A stretch of 64,000 nucleotides of DNA from Pontiella sp. (GTDB lineage Bacteria > Verrucomicrobiota > Kiritimatiellia > Kiritimatiellales > Pontiellaceae): the NCBI GenBank assembly GCA_050290185.1, contig JBNKHE010000001.1, positions 194,713 to 258,712 of the forward strand, in the 5' to 3' direction. Of this stretch, positions 20,668 through 31,199 are shown in pieces. Both the position numbers and the translations under genes were made by a program. Every line of letters begins with the position of its first letter. Position 1 is the stretch's first letter. The notes beneath the pieces were generated by a model. That model did no database searches. It saw only the letters and a program-made list of their open reading frames with translations, and was not told where the DNA came from.

Positions 20668-21465
20668 ATGGAAACGTTCAGCACGCTAAACCCGGTCCTT
20701 CAGGCCCTGCTTGCCACCCTCTTTACCTGGGGGGTAACCGCGCTCGGCGCCACGCCGGTCTTCTTCGCAAAAACTATCAACCAAAAGCTGATGGACGGCA
20801 TGCTCGGCATGGCCGCCGGCGTCATGATTGCAGCAAGCTTCTGGTCGCTGCTTGCTCCGGCCATTGAAATGTCGGGCGGCAGCTGGATTCCCGCCACGGT
20901 GGGTTTTGTGGGTGGCGGACTTTTCCTCTACGTGCTGGACAAGATCCTCCCCCACCTGCACCCCGGCTTACCCATGAAGGATGCCGAAGGGATCCAAACC
21001 AGATGGCAGCGCAGCGTACTGCTCGTACTGGCCATCACCCTGCACAATATCCCCGAAGGCCTCGCAGTCGGCGTTGCATTCGGGGCGGTAGCAGCCAATA
21101 TAGACGGAGCCACGCTGGGAGGAGCCATTGCCCTTGCGATCGGGATAGGAATCCAGAATTTTCCCGAAGGCACCGCCGTGGCCATGCCGTTGCGCCGGGA
21201 GGGATTGAGCCGGCTCAAGTGCTTCTGGTACGGGCAACTCTCCGGGATCGTGGAGCCCATCGCTGGAGTGCTGGGGGCCTGGGCCGTACTGACCATGCGC
21301 CCGATCCTCCCCTATGCCCTCGCCTTCGCTGCGGGCGCCATGATCTTTGTCTGCGTCGAGGAGCTCATTCCCGAGTCCCAGCGGGAGGACAACACCGACT
21401 TCGCCACCCTGGGGGCCATTTTCGGCTTTGCCCTGATGATGACGCTCGACGTTGCCCTAGGTTGA
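20668..21465 (+). CDS. zupT: ZIP family metal transporter (GufA/ZupT-like)
   Basis: [22 protein letters not shown]; about 8 TM segments. Confidence 0.88.
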   Translation: METFSTLNPVLQALLATLFTWGVTALGATPVFFAKTINQKLMDGMLGMAAGVMIAASFWSLLAPAIEMSGGSWIPATVGFVGGGLFLYVLDKILPHLHPGLPMKDAEGIQTRWQRSVLLVLAITLHNIPEGLAVGVAFGAVAANIDGATLGGAIALAIGIGIQNFPEGTAVAMPLRREGLSRLKCFWYGQLSGIVEPIAGVLGAWAVLTMRPILPYALAFAAGAMIFVCVEELIPESQREDNTDFATLGAIFGFALMMTLDVALG

Positions 21466-21562
21466 TGCCCGTTTGAAGTTCAGGTTTTTAAGGATTAAGT
21501 ACCCGACCCATCACTTCGCCCAGGCCCTCATGCCTATGAGGACTGGAACTTCCTCCAACCTA

Positions 21563-21597
21563 TTTCAAGTTTCAAGTTTCAAGTTTCCGGTTTCCCT
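21563..21597 (+). repeat. Heptamer tandem repeat (TTTCAAG)3 plus degenerate copies
   Basis: TTTCAAG TTTCAAG TTTCAAG TTTCCGG TTTCCCT. Confidence 0.8.
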
Positions 21598-21612
21598 TGT
21601 ACGTTCCTTTGC

Positions 21613-22929
21613 ATGCTATTTTCCGATCTCATCAAAAACGAATCCCTGTTGCGCGCTGTCGCCGAGGCCGGATTCAAGGAACCTACGCCGATCCAGGCCG
21701 AGGCCATTCCGGCCATTCTGACCGGACGCGACATTATCGGCTGTGCCCGCACCGGCACCGGCAAAACCGCTGCATTTGCCCTTCCCTTAATCCAGAAACT
21801 GGTGAATTCCTGGACCGCCCCACGCGAAATCCGTGTCCGGGCGCTTATCCTTTCACCCACCCGCGAGCTCGCTATCCAGCTACTTAAGAACATCCAGACC
21901 TTCGCCGTCCACACCGAACTTTCCACCCTGCTGGTGCATGGCGGAACCGGCTATCAGGATCAAATCGAAATCCTGCGCGAAGGCGTTGACATCCTCATCG
22001 CAACCCCCGGCCGGATGCTCGACCTGATGGAACGCAAAGCCCTCCGGCTCGATCAGGTCGAAGTGTTCGTGGTCGACGAGGCCGACCGCATGCTCGATAT
22101 GGGCTTCGCACCCGACATCCGCAAAATTGCCCCGTTGCTGCCCCAGACCCGGCAGGCGCTCTTCTTTTCCGCCACCATGCCAAAAGAGGCGCTCCAGCTC
22201 GCCACCGGCATCCTGCACAAGCCGATGCAGGTCTCCAGCGATCCCATGTCATCCGCCGCCGAAAATATTACCAAGTCGCTCTACTATGTGGAAAAGAACA
22301 ACAAGTTTTCCCTGCTAGAGTGGCTGCTGAAACGGCTCGACTATGAGCGCGTGCTCGTCTTCTGCCGCACCCGCCGCGGCGCCGACCGGTTGACCGAACG
22401 CATGCAAAAAGCGGGACTTCCCGTAGAAGTACTTCATGCCGACAAGACCCAGCTCCATCGACAGGAAACCCTCGAAGCCTTCCGCTCCGGCGAAACGCCC
22501 GTGCTGATTGCCACCGACCTCGCCGCCCGCGGCATCGACATCGAAAACCTTTCCCACATCATCAACTTTGACCTGCCCGGCGACGCCGAAACCTATGTCC
22601 ACCGCATCGGCCGCACCGCCCGCGCCGGCGCATCCGGATCCGCCCTGAGCTTCTGCGACCCCACCGAAAAAAACTATCTGCGCGAAATCCTCGTCCACCT
22701 TGGCGAAGAAATGGATGTCGTGACCGACCATCCTTTTCACAGCGAACAGATCATGCACTATTCCGGCAACGTCAAATCCAAACACACGCCGGATAAAAAG
22801 AAGCATGTCAGTAAGATCCGGGAACAGACTACCTGGCGCCTTGCCCCCGGCGAAAGCAACAAGCTCCACACCAAAGCCGGCTCCCCCAGGAAAAACGCCC
22901 GCAACAACCCGAAGAAAAAAGAAAAGTAG
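21613..22929 (+). CDS. DEAD-box RNA helicase (RhlE-like)
   Basis: PTPIQ, TGTGKT, PTRELAIQ, DEAD, SAT, ARGID, HRIGRTAR; basic C-terminal tail. Confidence 0.95.
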   Translation: MLFSDLIKNESLLRAVAEAGFKEPTPIQAEAIPAILTGRDIIGCARTGTGKTAAFALPLIQKLVNSWTAPREIRVRALILSPTRELAIQLLKNIQTFAVHTELSTLLVHGGTGYQDQIEILREGVDILIATPGRMLDLMERKALRLDQVEVFVVDEADRMLDMGFAPDIRKIAPLLPQTRQALFFSATMPKEALQLATGILHKPMQVSSDPMSSAAENITKSLYYVEKNNKFSLLEWLLKRLDYERVLVFCRTRRGADRLTERMQKAGLPVEVLHADKTQLHRQETLEAFRSGETPVLIATDLAARGIDIENLSHIINFDLPGDAETYVHRIGRTARAGASGSALSFCDPTEKNYLREILVHLGEEMDVVTDHPFHSEQIMHYSGNVKSKHTPDKKKHVSKIREQTTWRLAPGESNKLHTKAGSPRKNARNNPKKKEK

Positions 22930-23179
22930 CTCACGGATACGCGATCCATTTAGCACGGTAAAAAGCCTGCTGCCACACATCCGGATCCGTGAATTCCAGC
23001 GAAATGGCCTTGCAGGCCTGCGTCAAAGCGGCGCCCCCTTAGAGCACCGCAGACCACACAAGTCAATGACATCGCCAGGTAACGCCCAAACACCCACCGC
23101 CTCTACCTCCCCTGCCTCGAGATCAAAATCAAGAGAGGCTCTCAAAGAGTGCAATATAACCGGGGAAACCTAAAAAGAA

Positions 23180-23254
23180 TGGAGCGGGAGACGAGAGTCG
23201 AACTCGCGACATACAGCTTGGGAAGCTGTCATTCTACCACTGAATTACTCCCGC
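23180..23254 (-). tRNA. tRNA-Gly (anticodon CCC)
   Basis: Minus strand folds as a cloverleaf: GCGGGAG acceptor stem, ACAGC-TTCCCAA-GCTGT anticodon arm, TTCGACT T-loop, encoded CCA end. Confidence 0.97.
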
Positions 23255-23510
23255 TCTTGTAGGAATAACTTCGAATGAGAAGCTTCAACAAGAGAACATA
23301 ACAAAGCCGGATATTGCCAGAAAAAAAAGACGTCTGGCCGGGCCGGCCCTAATCTATCGAAAGGCTTGGTACAGGCATTCATTTCTTCAAAGAAGACCGG
23401 TTGGATCTGAAACAATCAACACCCAGGATAAAATCTGGAACTCAAACTTTTAAAGTCGACTAAATCATATTTTTCCAGTCATATCCTTAGTTTTATCAGG
23501 AGAGATTTGG

Positions 23511-26500
23511 ATGGTGAGCCCCTATTTGGAATCTGCATTAGGAAGATATCGCTCACGCTATTCTCTGAGCCTTATAGCCATCGGATTGTTTACACTCATA
23601 AATACCGCTTCCGCCGAAGTGGTAATCAACGAAATCCACTACCACCCTGCAGACAAGACCAGCCCCGAGGAATTCGTCGAACTCTACAATGCCAGCGATA
23701 CCGCAGTGGATCTTTCGGGCTGGAGCCTGCGCGATGCGGTTGAATACACCATCCCTCCCGGCACGTTCATTCCGGCACATGGTTACGTCGTGATCGCGGA
23801 AAACCCCGCCGGGCTCGACGCGACGTACGGGACGACGGCCATCGGCCCATGGACAGGCAAGCTGTCGAGCAGTGGTGAGCGCATTGAACTGTACGATGCT
23901 TCCGATAGCCGGCAGGATCGCGTGGAATACGGGGCCGGCTTCCCGTGGCCCACCGCGTCCGATGGCGGCGGTTCCTCCGCGGAACTCATCAACCCGGGGC
24001 TCGACAACGATCTTGGAGGAAGCTGGCGCGCCTCCGCAACGGCTGCTGGATCGACGAACAGCGTCTACGTGGCATCATCCTCGGACTGGAAGTACAGGAA
24101 GGGATCCTCGGACGCCTCCTCTCCGGTCGATGCCTGGCGGGCAACGGCCTACGACGATTCGTCGTGGCTGTCGGGAACCTCATCGTTCGGCTACAACGCC
24201 AAATACACGGTTTCCACCACCTTGGGCGATATGCGCTACAACTATTCAACCGTGTACTACCGAAAGACCTTCACCGTTCCCTCCGAATCCATCCCCGCCG
24301 GATTGCAGCTCCGCCTGAAGTACGACGATGGCGCCGTGGTGTGGATCAACGGTACGGAAATCGCGCGCCTGCACGTGCCTTCCGGAGAGCTTGCCTACAA
24401 CCAGGTCGCCAACGATGACCATCCGGCCGACGACTGGGAGGAGATCACGATTACCAATGCCGATGCCATGCTGTATGGCGGCGACAACGTAATTGCCGTG
24501 CAATCGCTCAATTTATCGCAGGACAGTTCGGACTACTACTTTGATTTGGAGTTGCTCTCAACCCCATCCATTTCGGGCTCGGCGTTGCCTACGCCGGGCG
24601 CGATTAATTCGTCATACGCGCCTCTGGACTCCACACCTCCGCAGATCCGCCATGTGGATCATTTCCCGGAACAGCCTGAGCCGGGCGAACCGGTCGCGAT
24701 TACTGCAAAACTGACCGACCTCGACGGCATGGGTGCCGTCACCCTCTCCTACCAGACCGTGGATCCGGGCGCCTATATCCGGCTAACCGATGCCACGTAT
24801 GAAACCTCGTGGACCCAAGTGGCCATGCTGGACGACGGAACCGGTGGTGATGAAATGGCCGGCGATTCGATATACACGGCCGTGCTGCCCGCCGCAGTGC
24901 AAACCAACCGGCGGCTGGTGCGCTACCGCATCGCCTTTGTGGATGCCCTGGGCAACAGCGAAACCGTTCCCTACGCGGATGACGAGCAACCCAACTTTGC
25001 CTACTATGTCTACGCAGGCGTGCCCGACTGGCAGGGCGCGTTGTTTCCCGGATCAACCCCCGCGCAGACCTTCACATCCAACGTGCTTTCGAAGGTTCCG
25101 GTCTACACCCTAATTGTAAGCGACCAGGATGTGGTGAACAGCCAGTACAATTCCGACTACATATTTTCGCGCATGTACGGCACGTTTGTATACGATGGCG
25201 AGGTATACGACCACATCCAGTTCCGCAACCGCGGCCAAGGTTCGACCTACCAATCCGGCAAGAACAAGTGGAAGTTCTATTTCAACCGCGCGCGCGATCT
25301 AAAGCCTCGCGGCAACTTTGGCGGAAAATACAAGGAGACCTGGAGCCAGTTTTTCGGAGAAGGCTGTTCGAGTCCGTGGGCACCGGTGCATCGCGGCATG
25401 GCCGGCGTCGAGCAGACCCTGTCCCTCAAGGCGTATGATCTTGCGGGAGTCCCGACCACCAGCTCCCACTACTACCACTTCCGCGTGGTCCGCTCCGCCA
25501 CGGAAACACCGCCGGCCGGCAACCCGCTGGAGGGCGACCTTTGGCTTGGCACCACGGCCGACGGACAGTATGGCGGCGATTTCTGGGGACTTTACCTCGC
25601 GGTCGAACCCCTGAAGGGCTCGTTCCTCGACGAGCGCAACCTCCCCGACGGCAATGTCTACAAGGTCGAAAACTACGCCGGTGACAAGCATCACCAGGGC
25701 GAAACCCAAGCTTTGGACGCTTCCGATTGGAACTCCTTCCGCGATAGCTGGCGCTACTCCACGCCTTCCCAATCCTGGTGGGAAACCAACCTGGACCTGG
25801 AATGCTATTATTCCTTCATGGCCATCAACCGACTGGTCGGCAATGTGGATTTCGGGACCGGAAGCAACTATGGCTTCTACCACCGCCCAACCGACAATCG
25901 TTGGATAGTGATCCCCTGGGACCTTGACATGATGTTCATTGCCGAAACCCACTGGCGCGTGGACGACATCGGAAACAAACTGATCGCCATACCCGCACTG
26001 GCTCTGCAATACCACAACCGGGCACGCGAAATCCTCGACCTGCTCGCATCCGACGGCGATCCGGACGGCGGACAGGTCGGCCAGCTTATCCGGGAGTTCG
26101 CGGATATCGTCCATCCCATCGGCGAAACCAACACCTGGGCCAATGCCGACGCCGCCAAATGGAATATGCACCCGCGCACCAACGGCGACCCCAACAACCA
26201 CTCCGGGCAATACAACCACAAGGGGAATTTTTTCTACACCCCCTTCACCGATTCCCGAACCGGTGGCGATTGGGTGAGATGGCTCCGTGACCCGTCCTAT
26301 ACCGGAACGGCCACGCATGAAGACAGCATGGCGTATCTTCTCGACTACGCCACCGACACCTGGCCCGGCGGCACCTGGGAGGCCGGAAACGGCAACCAAC
26401 TCGGCTACGGCTATCAATACCTTGCCCACGATGCCTACGACGACGCCATTCCCGATAAACCATATATTGCGTCCCTTAGCTCCCCGGGATATCCCCTCAA

Positions 26501-28592
26501 CGGCCTAAGCTTTGCCTGCTCCGGATTTACCGATCCGCAAGGCGATGCCACCTTCGCCGCCATGGAATGGCGCGCGGGAGAAATACTCGACACGAACGCA
26601 CCAGCCTACGACCCCAACGACAAACCGCCCTACGAACTCAACGCAAAATGGGAGAGCGGCGAAATCACCAACTTCGACAGCAACATCACCATTCCAGCCG
26701 ATGCCTTGAAGGTGGGTCACGCCTACCGCGTTCGTGTGCGCATGAAGGACGACACCGGTCGATGGAGTCACTGGTCTTCCCCGGTTCAGTTCATTACTAC
26801 GGAGGCATCCACCGCTGCGTCCATGTTGAGTCACCTCCGCATCAGCGAACTGATGTATGATCCGCCGGCGGGAAGCGACTATGAATTCGTAGAGCTGCAT
26901 AATACGAGCACCAACATGACGCTTGACCTTGCTGGAGCCGCCTTCACTGAGGGAATCGACTTTAATTTCCCTGCTGGCACCCTGCTTGGACCGGACGGGT
27001 ACCTCCTGCTCATCGGCACCTCGAACACGAATGCTTTTCGAACCCATTATGGACTGTCGACCAATGCGGCCATTGCTGGTGCCTATTCAGGAAGCCTTTC
27101 CAACGGCGGCGAGGAACTGAAGCTGAAGACCGCGCCCGGCGGATCCGAAATCGCGGCGTTCGAATATGGTACCGGTCGCCATTGGCCGCTGGCCGCCGCC
27201 GGTGCCGGCCACTCCCTTGTGCCGATTGCTATATCGGGCCAGGCCACGGGCGCGCTCGACTATCCCGGCAACTGGAAAGCCAGTGCCTACATCGGCGGAT
27301 CGCCCGGCGCGGCCGACCCCATCCCGTCGCCCTCGCTGCTCCTGAACGAGATTACCGCCCATACCGACTACAGCAACCCGGAACATCCGGAATACGATTC
27401 CGACGACTGGGTCGAGCTCTACAACGCCTCCGCCTCGGTAATCAACTTGGCGGGATGGTATTTGAGCGACGACCCTTCCGATCCCGCAAAGTGGGCCTGT
27501 CCCTCTGTTAGCATTCCTGCGGGTGGCTACAAGGTCTTCACCGAGGTTGACGATTTCCACAATCCGATCAGTAGCGGCTTCGGCCTCGACAAGGCGGGCG
27601 AGCAGGTATTGCTTTCCTACCTTCCAGGCAATTCATCGGATCGCGTGGTGGACGCCGTCGGCTTCAAGGGGCAGGAAAACGGTCGTTCGCTCAGCCGGAT
27701 CGGAGACTACTGGCAGACCACCGATCTCTCGCAAGGCACCGTCAACAGCTCCGCGCTTTCCGGACTGCGCATCAGCGAAACGATGTACCAACCCGCACCA
27801 CTCGGCACCAACGACAACACCCGCGATGAATACATCGAAATCTACAACCCGACCGCGTCCGATGTCACCATGCAGAGCGAAGGCGAACCCTGGCGCATCG
27901 ACGGCGGCGTGGAATACACCTTTCTCGACAACATCGTCGTCCCCGCGGGAAGTTCCCTGTTGGTCGTCGGCTTCGATCCGGCAGACACCATCACCAGCAA
28001 TGCCTTTATTACCGCATACGGAATAACCAATACAATCCGCATGTTTGGCCCTTGGTCTGGAAAGCTGGGCAACCGCAGTGAACCGGTTTCGTTGGAACGG
28101 CCGCAGGCCCCTGACCTCCCCGGTGACCCTTATTCATGGGTGATCGAAGACGAAACCGTGTACGGAAACCAATCCCCATGGCCCGCGGCAGCCGGAAACG
28201 GCAACGCGCTTGAACGACTGGTTTTCAACCGCGCCGGAATTGCTCCTGCTAACTGGATGGCGGCCTCCCCCTCCCCTGGTGATGCCGGCACCAGCCCCTA
28301 TGCCGATCAGGATGGCGACGGCATGAGCGACTACGACGAATGGTTCTGTGGCACCGACCCCTACAATCCGGAATCCCTGTTTCAGGTCGATGCTTTCAGT
28401 GCACACCCCATCTCCGGCCTCCAGTGGACTGCGGTTTCCAATCACATATATTCCGTTTACTGGACCGAAGACCTCCGGGTTCCGTTCGTACCCCTGGCGA
28501 CCAATCTGTTCTACCCTCAGGAAACCTTTATGGATATCTCCCACACGAACTACAATACCAGCTACTATAGGCTGAAGGTCGAACGTCAATAG
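23511..28592 (+). CDS. Large secreted lamin-tail-domain / CotH-kinase family protein
   Basis: Signal peptide; four LTD-like units (INEIHY/ISELMY/LNEITA/ISETMY ... E.[VI]E[LI].N); CotH-like core (RNRGQGS, PWDLD); C-terminal DQDGDGMSD..E...GTDP. Confidence 0.85.
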   Translation: MVSPYLESALGRYRSRYSLSLIAIGLFTLINTASAEVVINEIHYHPADKTSPEEFVELYNASDTAVDLSGWSLRDAVEYTIPPGTFIPAHGYVVIAENPAGLDATYGTTAIGPWTGKLSSSGERIELYDASDSRQDRVEYGAGFPWPTASDGGGSSAELINPGLDNDLGGSWRASATAAGSTNSVYVASSSDWKYRKGSSDASSPVDAWRATAYDDSSWLSGTSSFGYNAKYTVSTTLGDMRYNYSTVYYRKTFTVPSESIPAGLQLRLKYDDGAVVWINGTEIARLHVPSGELAYNQVANDDHPADDWEEITITNADAMLYGGDNVIAVQSLNLSQDSSDYYFDLELLSTPSISGSALPTPGAINSSYAPLDSTPPQIRHVDHFPEQPEPGEPVAITAKLTDLDGMGAVTLSYQTVDPGAYIRLTDATYETSWTQVAMLDDGTGGDEMAGDSIYTAVLPAAVQTNRRLVRYRIAFVDALGNSETVPYADDEQPNFAYYVYAGVPDWQGALFPGSTPAQTFTSNVLSKVPVYTLIVSDQDVVNSQYNSDYIFSRMYGTFVYDGEVYDHIQFRNRGQGSTYQSGKNKWKFYFNRARDLKPRGNFGGKYKETWSQFFGEGCSSPWAPVHRGMAGVEQTLSLKAYDLAGVPTTSSHYYHFRVVRSATETPPAGNPLEGDLWLGTTADGQYGGDFWGLYLAVEPLKGSFLDERNLPDGNVYKVENYAGDKHHQGETQALDASDWNSFRDSWRYSTPSQSWWETNLDLECYYSFMAINRLVGNVDFGTGSNYGFYHRPTDNRWIVIPWDLDMMFIAETHWRVDDIGNKLIAIPALALQYHNRAREILDLLASDGDPDGGQVGQLIREFADIVHPIGETNTWANADAAKWNMHPRTNGDPNNHSGQYNHKGNFFYTPFTDSRTGGDWVRWLRDPSYTGTATHEDSMAYLLDYATDTWPGGTWEAGNGNQLGYGYQYLAHDAYDDAIPDKPYIASLSSPGYPLNGLSFACSGFTDPQGDATFAAMEWRAGEILDTNAPAYDPNDKPPYELNAKWESGEITNFDSNITIPADALKVGHAYRVRVRMKDDTGRWSHWSSPVQFITTEASTAASMLSHLRISELMYDPPAGSDYEFVELHNTSTNMTLDLAGAAFTEGIDFNFPAGTLLGPDGYLLLIGTSNTNAFRTHYGLSTNAAIAGAYSGSLSNGGEELKLKTAPGGSEIAAFEYGTGRHWPLAAAGAGHSLVPIAISGQATGALDYPGNWKASAYIGGSPGAADPIPSPSLLLNEITAHTDYSNPEHPEYDSDDWVELYNASASVINLAGWYLSDDPSDPAKWACPSVSIPAGGYKVFTEVDDFHNPISSGFGLDKAGEQVLLSYLPGNSSDRVVDAVGFKGQENGRSLSRIGDYWQTTDLSQGTVNSSALSGLRISETMYQPAPLGTNDNTRDEYIEIYNPTASDVTMQSEGEPWRIDGGVEYTFLDNIVVPAGSSLLVVGFDPADTITSNAFITAYGITNTIRMFGPWSGKLGNRSEPVSLERPQAPDLPGDPYSWVIEDETVYGNQSPWPAAAGNGNALERLVFNRAGIAPANWMAASPSPGDAGTSPYADQDGDGMSDYDEWFCGTDPYNPESLFQVDAFSAHPISGLQWTAVSNHIYSVYWTEDLRVPFVPLATNLFYPQETFMDISHTNYNTSYYRLKVERQ

Positions 28593-28628
28593 AGCCGACG
28601 CATTCCGAATGCGTCATCCGACCGGCCC

Positions 28629-29861
28629 CTACAACAGGGAACAGATTTCATCGGTAGTATCGCTGTCGAGCGAAATGGGATGCCCAGCCTGAACGTCGAT
28701 GATTTCTGTATTCTCGATGCATGCCTGCACGAGGGGGGCCCAATCGAATTTTAGTTCGTATTGTTCGCACTTTTCTTTTTTAGGTGCGGTTGCCGGGCTT
28801 TGGGGAACAAAAACCGTACAGCAATCCTCGAAGGGGCGAATGGAAATCTCATAGGTGTCGATTTTTTGGGCGATCTCCACAATCTCGCTCTTATCCATGC
28901 ACGCTACGGGACGAATCACGGGCATCTCCGTGACGGCATTGATGGCCCACATGCTATCCGGTGTCTGGGAGGCCACCTGACCGAGGCTCTCGCCGTTCGA
29001 GAGCAAACGAATTTTATGCCGCTCCGCGACACCGGCAACGACACGGTACATCATGCGGCGCATGATGGTCATGCCATAGCTCTCTGGAACATGGGCAAAG
29101 AGTTCCTTCTGTAGCGTGGTAAAGGGCACCACATGCAACCTGAATTTCCCGTTCGGCAGAAAATGGGCCATTTTTTCGGCGAGATCATAGACCTTCTGCC
29201 GCGCGCGCACCGTGGTGTAAGGGGGTGACTCAAAATGGAGTCCTTCAACTTGAAGTCCCCGTTTCATCATGAGGTACCCCGCCACCGGCGAGTCGAGGCC
29301 GCCGGATAGCATCAGCAGGGAACGTCCGTTCAGTCCGACCGGAAGCCCCCCACTGGCCAGCACGGTTCTGGAAACCACCAGCGTATGATCGGCCTTGATC
29401 AGAATGCGGATCGCCAAATCGGGATTTTTAACGTTGTAGGTCACGGCCCCGGCAGCATGTTCCCCGACATATTCAGCCACCTGCTGCGAAACGGAAATCG
29501 AGTTGGAGGGAAATTTTTTCCATCCGCGACGGGTTTCGAATTTGATGGCCTGCCCGTCCTTGCACGCCTCGATCGCGACCGGCAATGCGGTTTTACAGAT
29601 GTCGTCCATCGAGCTCTTGCAGATCTTGCCCAGGGCGTATGAATGAATTCCGAAAACAAAGTCGAGCTGGTTGAGAACCGCCCGATCATCTGCACCATTC
29701 AAGGTAACCAGAATATGGTCATATTTCAGCTGAATCACCACTTCGGGAAAGCCGGCAAGTTTTGTTTTAGCCGTCTGGAACAACCGGTCTATAAACCGCT
29801 GTCTGTTTTTCCCTTTAAGGAACAGTTCGCCAAAGCGAACCAATATGGCGTCGTACTGCAT
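28629..29861 (-). CDS. thiI: tRNA 4-thiouridine synthase ThiI (no rhodanese domain)
   Basis: RFGELFLKGKNR, THUMP region, SGGLDSPVA PP-loop, GESLGQVASQT, EDCC. Confidence 0.95.
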   Translation of the reverse strand: MQYDAILVRFGELFLKGKNRQRFIDRLFQTAKTKLAGFPEVVIQLKYDHILVTLNGADDRAVLNQLDFVFGIHSYALGKICKSSMDDICKTALPVAIEACKDGQAIKFETRRGWKKFPSNSISVSQQVAEYVGEHAAGAVTYNVKNPDLAIRILIKADHTLVVSRTVLASGGLPVGLNGRSLLMLSGGLDSPVAGYLMMKRGLQVEGLHFESPPYTTVRARQKVYDLAEKMAHFLPNGKFRLHVVPFTTLQKELFAHVPESYGMTIMRRMMYRVVAGVAERHKIRLLSNGESLGQVASQTPDSMWAINAVTEMPVIRPVACMDKSEIVEIAQKIDTYEISIRPFEDCCTVFVPQSPATAPKKEKCEQYELKFDWAPLVQACIENTEIIDVQAGHPISLDSDTTDEICSLL

Positions 29862-29867
29862 ACTCTC

Positions 29868-31010
29868 CTACTTCCTTTTGATGCGCAATTCATCGACGAG
29901 CGGCCCGATCACGCGGCAAAGCGTATCGACCTCGTCGCGGGTGGTCAGCGCGGACATACTGATACGAATACTGCTCCGCGCCCGTTCATGGCTTCCCGTA
30001 ACGGCCAGCACTACCGCGCTCTCGATGGCCTTCCGGGCCGAGCAGGCTGAAACCGTGGAAATATAGATCTCTTTCTCGGCCAGCGCCTGAAGAAAGGTTT
30101 CCGGACGAACGCCTGCAACGGAATAGTTGATGATGAAGGGCGACGAATCTTCGAGTGTGCCGTTCAGAGCCGTGTCCGGAATCGTATCAAACGTGTCTGC
30201 GATAGACGCTTTGAAGGACCGCAGTCTGGCCAAGACCTCGTCGTGCTTCTCCAGGGAGAGCCGCAAGGCTCTGGCCAGAGCCGCCGCCCGTGCGGCGTCT
30301 GCCGTGCCAGACCGAAACTCAAATTCCTGACCGCCGCCGTGGAGCAACGGGGTCAGCTGTATCCCGTCCCGAAATATCAATGCGCCGGATCCCTTGAGCC
30401 CGAAAAACTTGTGGGCCGAAAATGTCAACAGGTCAACCGGGCTCCCTTCCATGGAAAGGGCAAGCTTGCCAACGGACTGCGCCGCATCGACATGCAATGC
30501 GGCGTTGCTCTTCTCTTTGACGATGGCGCCAAGCCGGGCAATATCGTTGATCGAACCGGTCTCGTTATTGACATGCATCAGGGAAACCAGCGTGGTATCA
30601 GGACGCAATGCATCCCGCAATACGTCGGCTTCCACCCGGCCCGCATTGTTTACGGGGAGCGTGGTGAGCTCGAAACCTTCAGCGGCCAGAAAACGGCACA
30701 CCTCCAGCACAGACGGATGCTCAACTGCGCTGGTAACAATATGCCGTCCGCGATGTCTGTACGCGTGCGTTACCCCCTTGATGGCCAGGTTGTTTGATTC
30801 GGTGGCGCCACTCGTGAACACGCACCGGCACCCTCTGCCGGCACCCAAAAGGGTCTGGACCTGATTCCGAGCCTGTTCCAGCAACATCTCCGCGCGGACT
30901 CCCGGCTGATACAAAGCCCGAGGGTTTGCCCAGAAATCCTGATTGACCGCTTCAAATGTTTTAAGCACCTCTTCGTTCGGAGGCGTGGTGGCTGCATAGT
31001 CAAAATACAT
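29868..31010 (-). CDS. Class I cysteine desulfurase (IscS/NifS-like)
   Basis: YFDYAATT, HVNNETG, HVDAAQ, SAHKF (PLP Lys), SACS. Confidence 0.93.
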   Translation of the reverse strand: MYFDYAATTPPNEEVLKTFEAVNQDFWANPRALYQPGVRAEMLLEQARNQVQTLLGAGRGCRCVFTSGATESNNLAIKGVTHAYRHRGRHIVTSAVEHPSVLEVCRFLAAEGFELTTLPVNNAGRVEADVLRDALRPDTTLVSLMHVNNETGSINDIARLGAIVKEKSNAALHVDAAQSVGKLALSMEGSPVDLLTFSAHKFFGLKGSGALIFRDGIQLTPLLHGGGQEFEFRSGTADAARAAALARALRLSLEKHDEVLARLRSFKASIADTFDTIPDTALNGTLEDSSPFIINYSVAGVRPETFLQALAEKEIYISTVSACSARKAIESAVVLAVTGSHERARSSIRISMSALTTRDEVDTLCRVIGPLVDELRIKRK

Positions 31011-31199
31011 AATGAGTTCCTACAAAGGACGGGAAACTACCCTATGCATACAACGATTTCCAATAGAATAGATCAATTGAAGGGAAGGTCATAACCCCCT
31101 GATACAGACCTCCTGCTCACACCATGGAAAAAGAAACACTGCGGCATTGAATTTTAAACTGCTTCAGGGCGACATTAACCGACATAGGAGAATCGAGGA

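Noticed and set aside
23180..23254. tRNA-Gly as the attachment site of a genomic island
   Set aside because: No integrase and no duplicated tRNA 3' end were seen; a housekeeping helicase lies at its 3' side.
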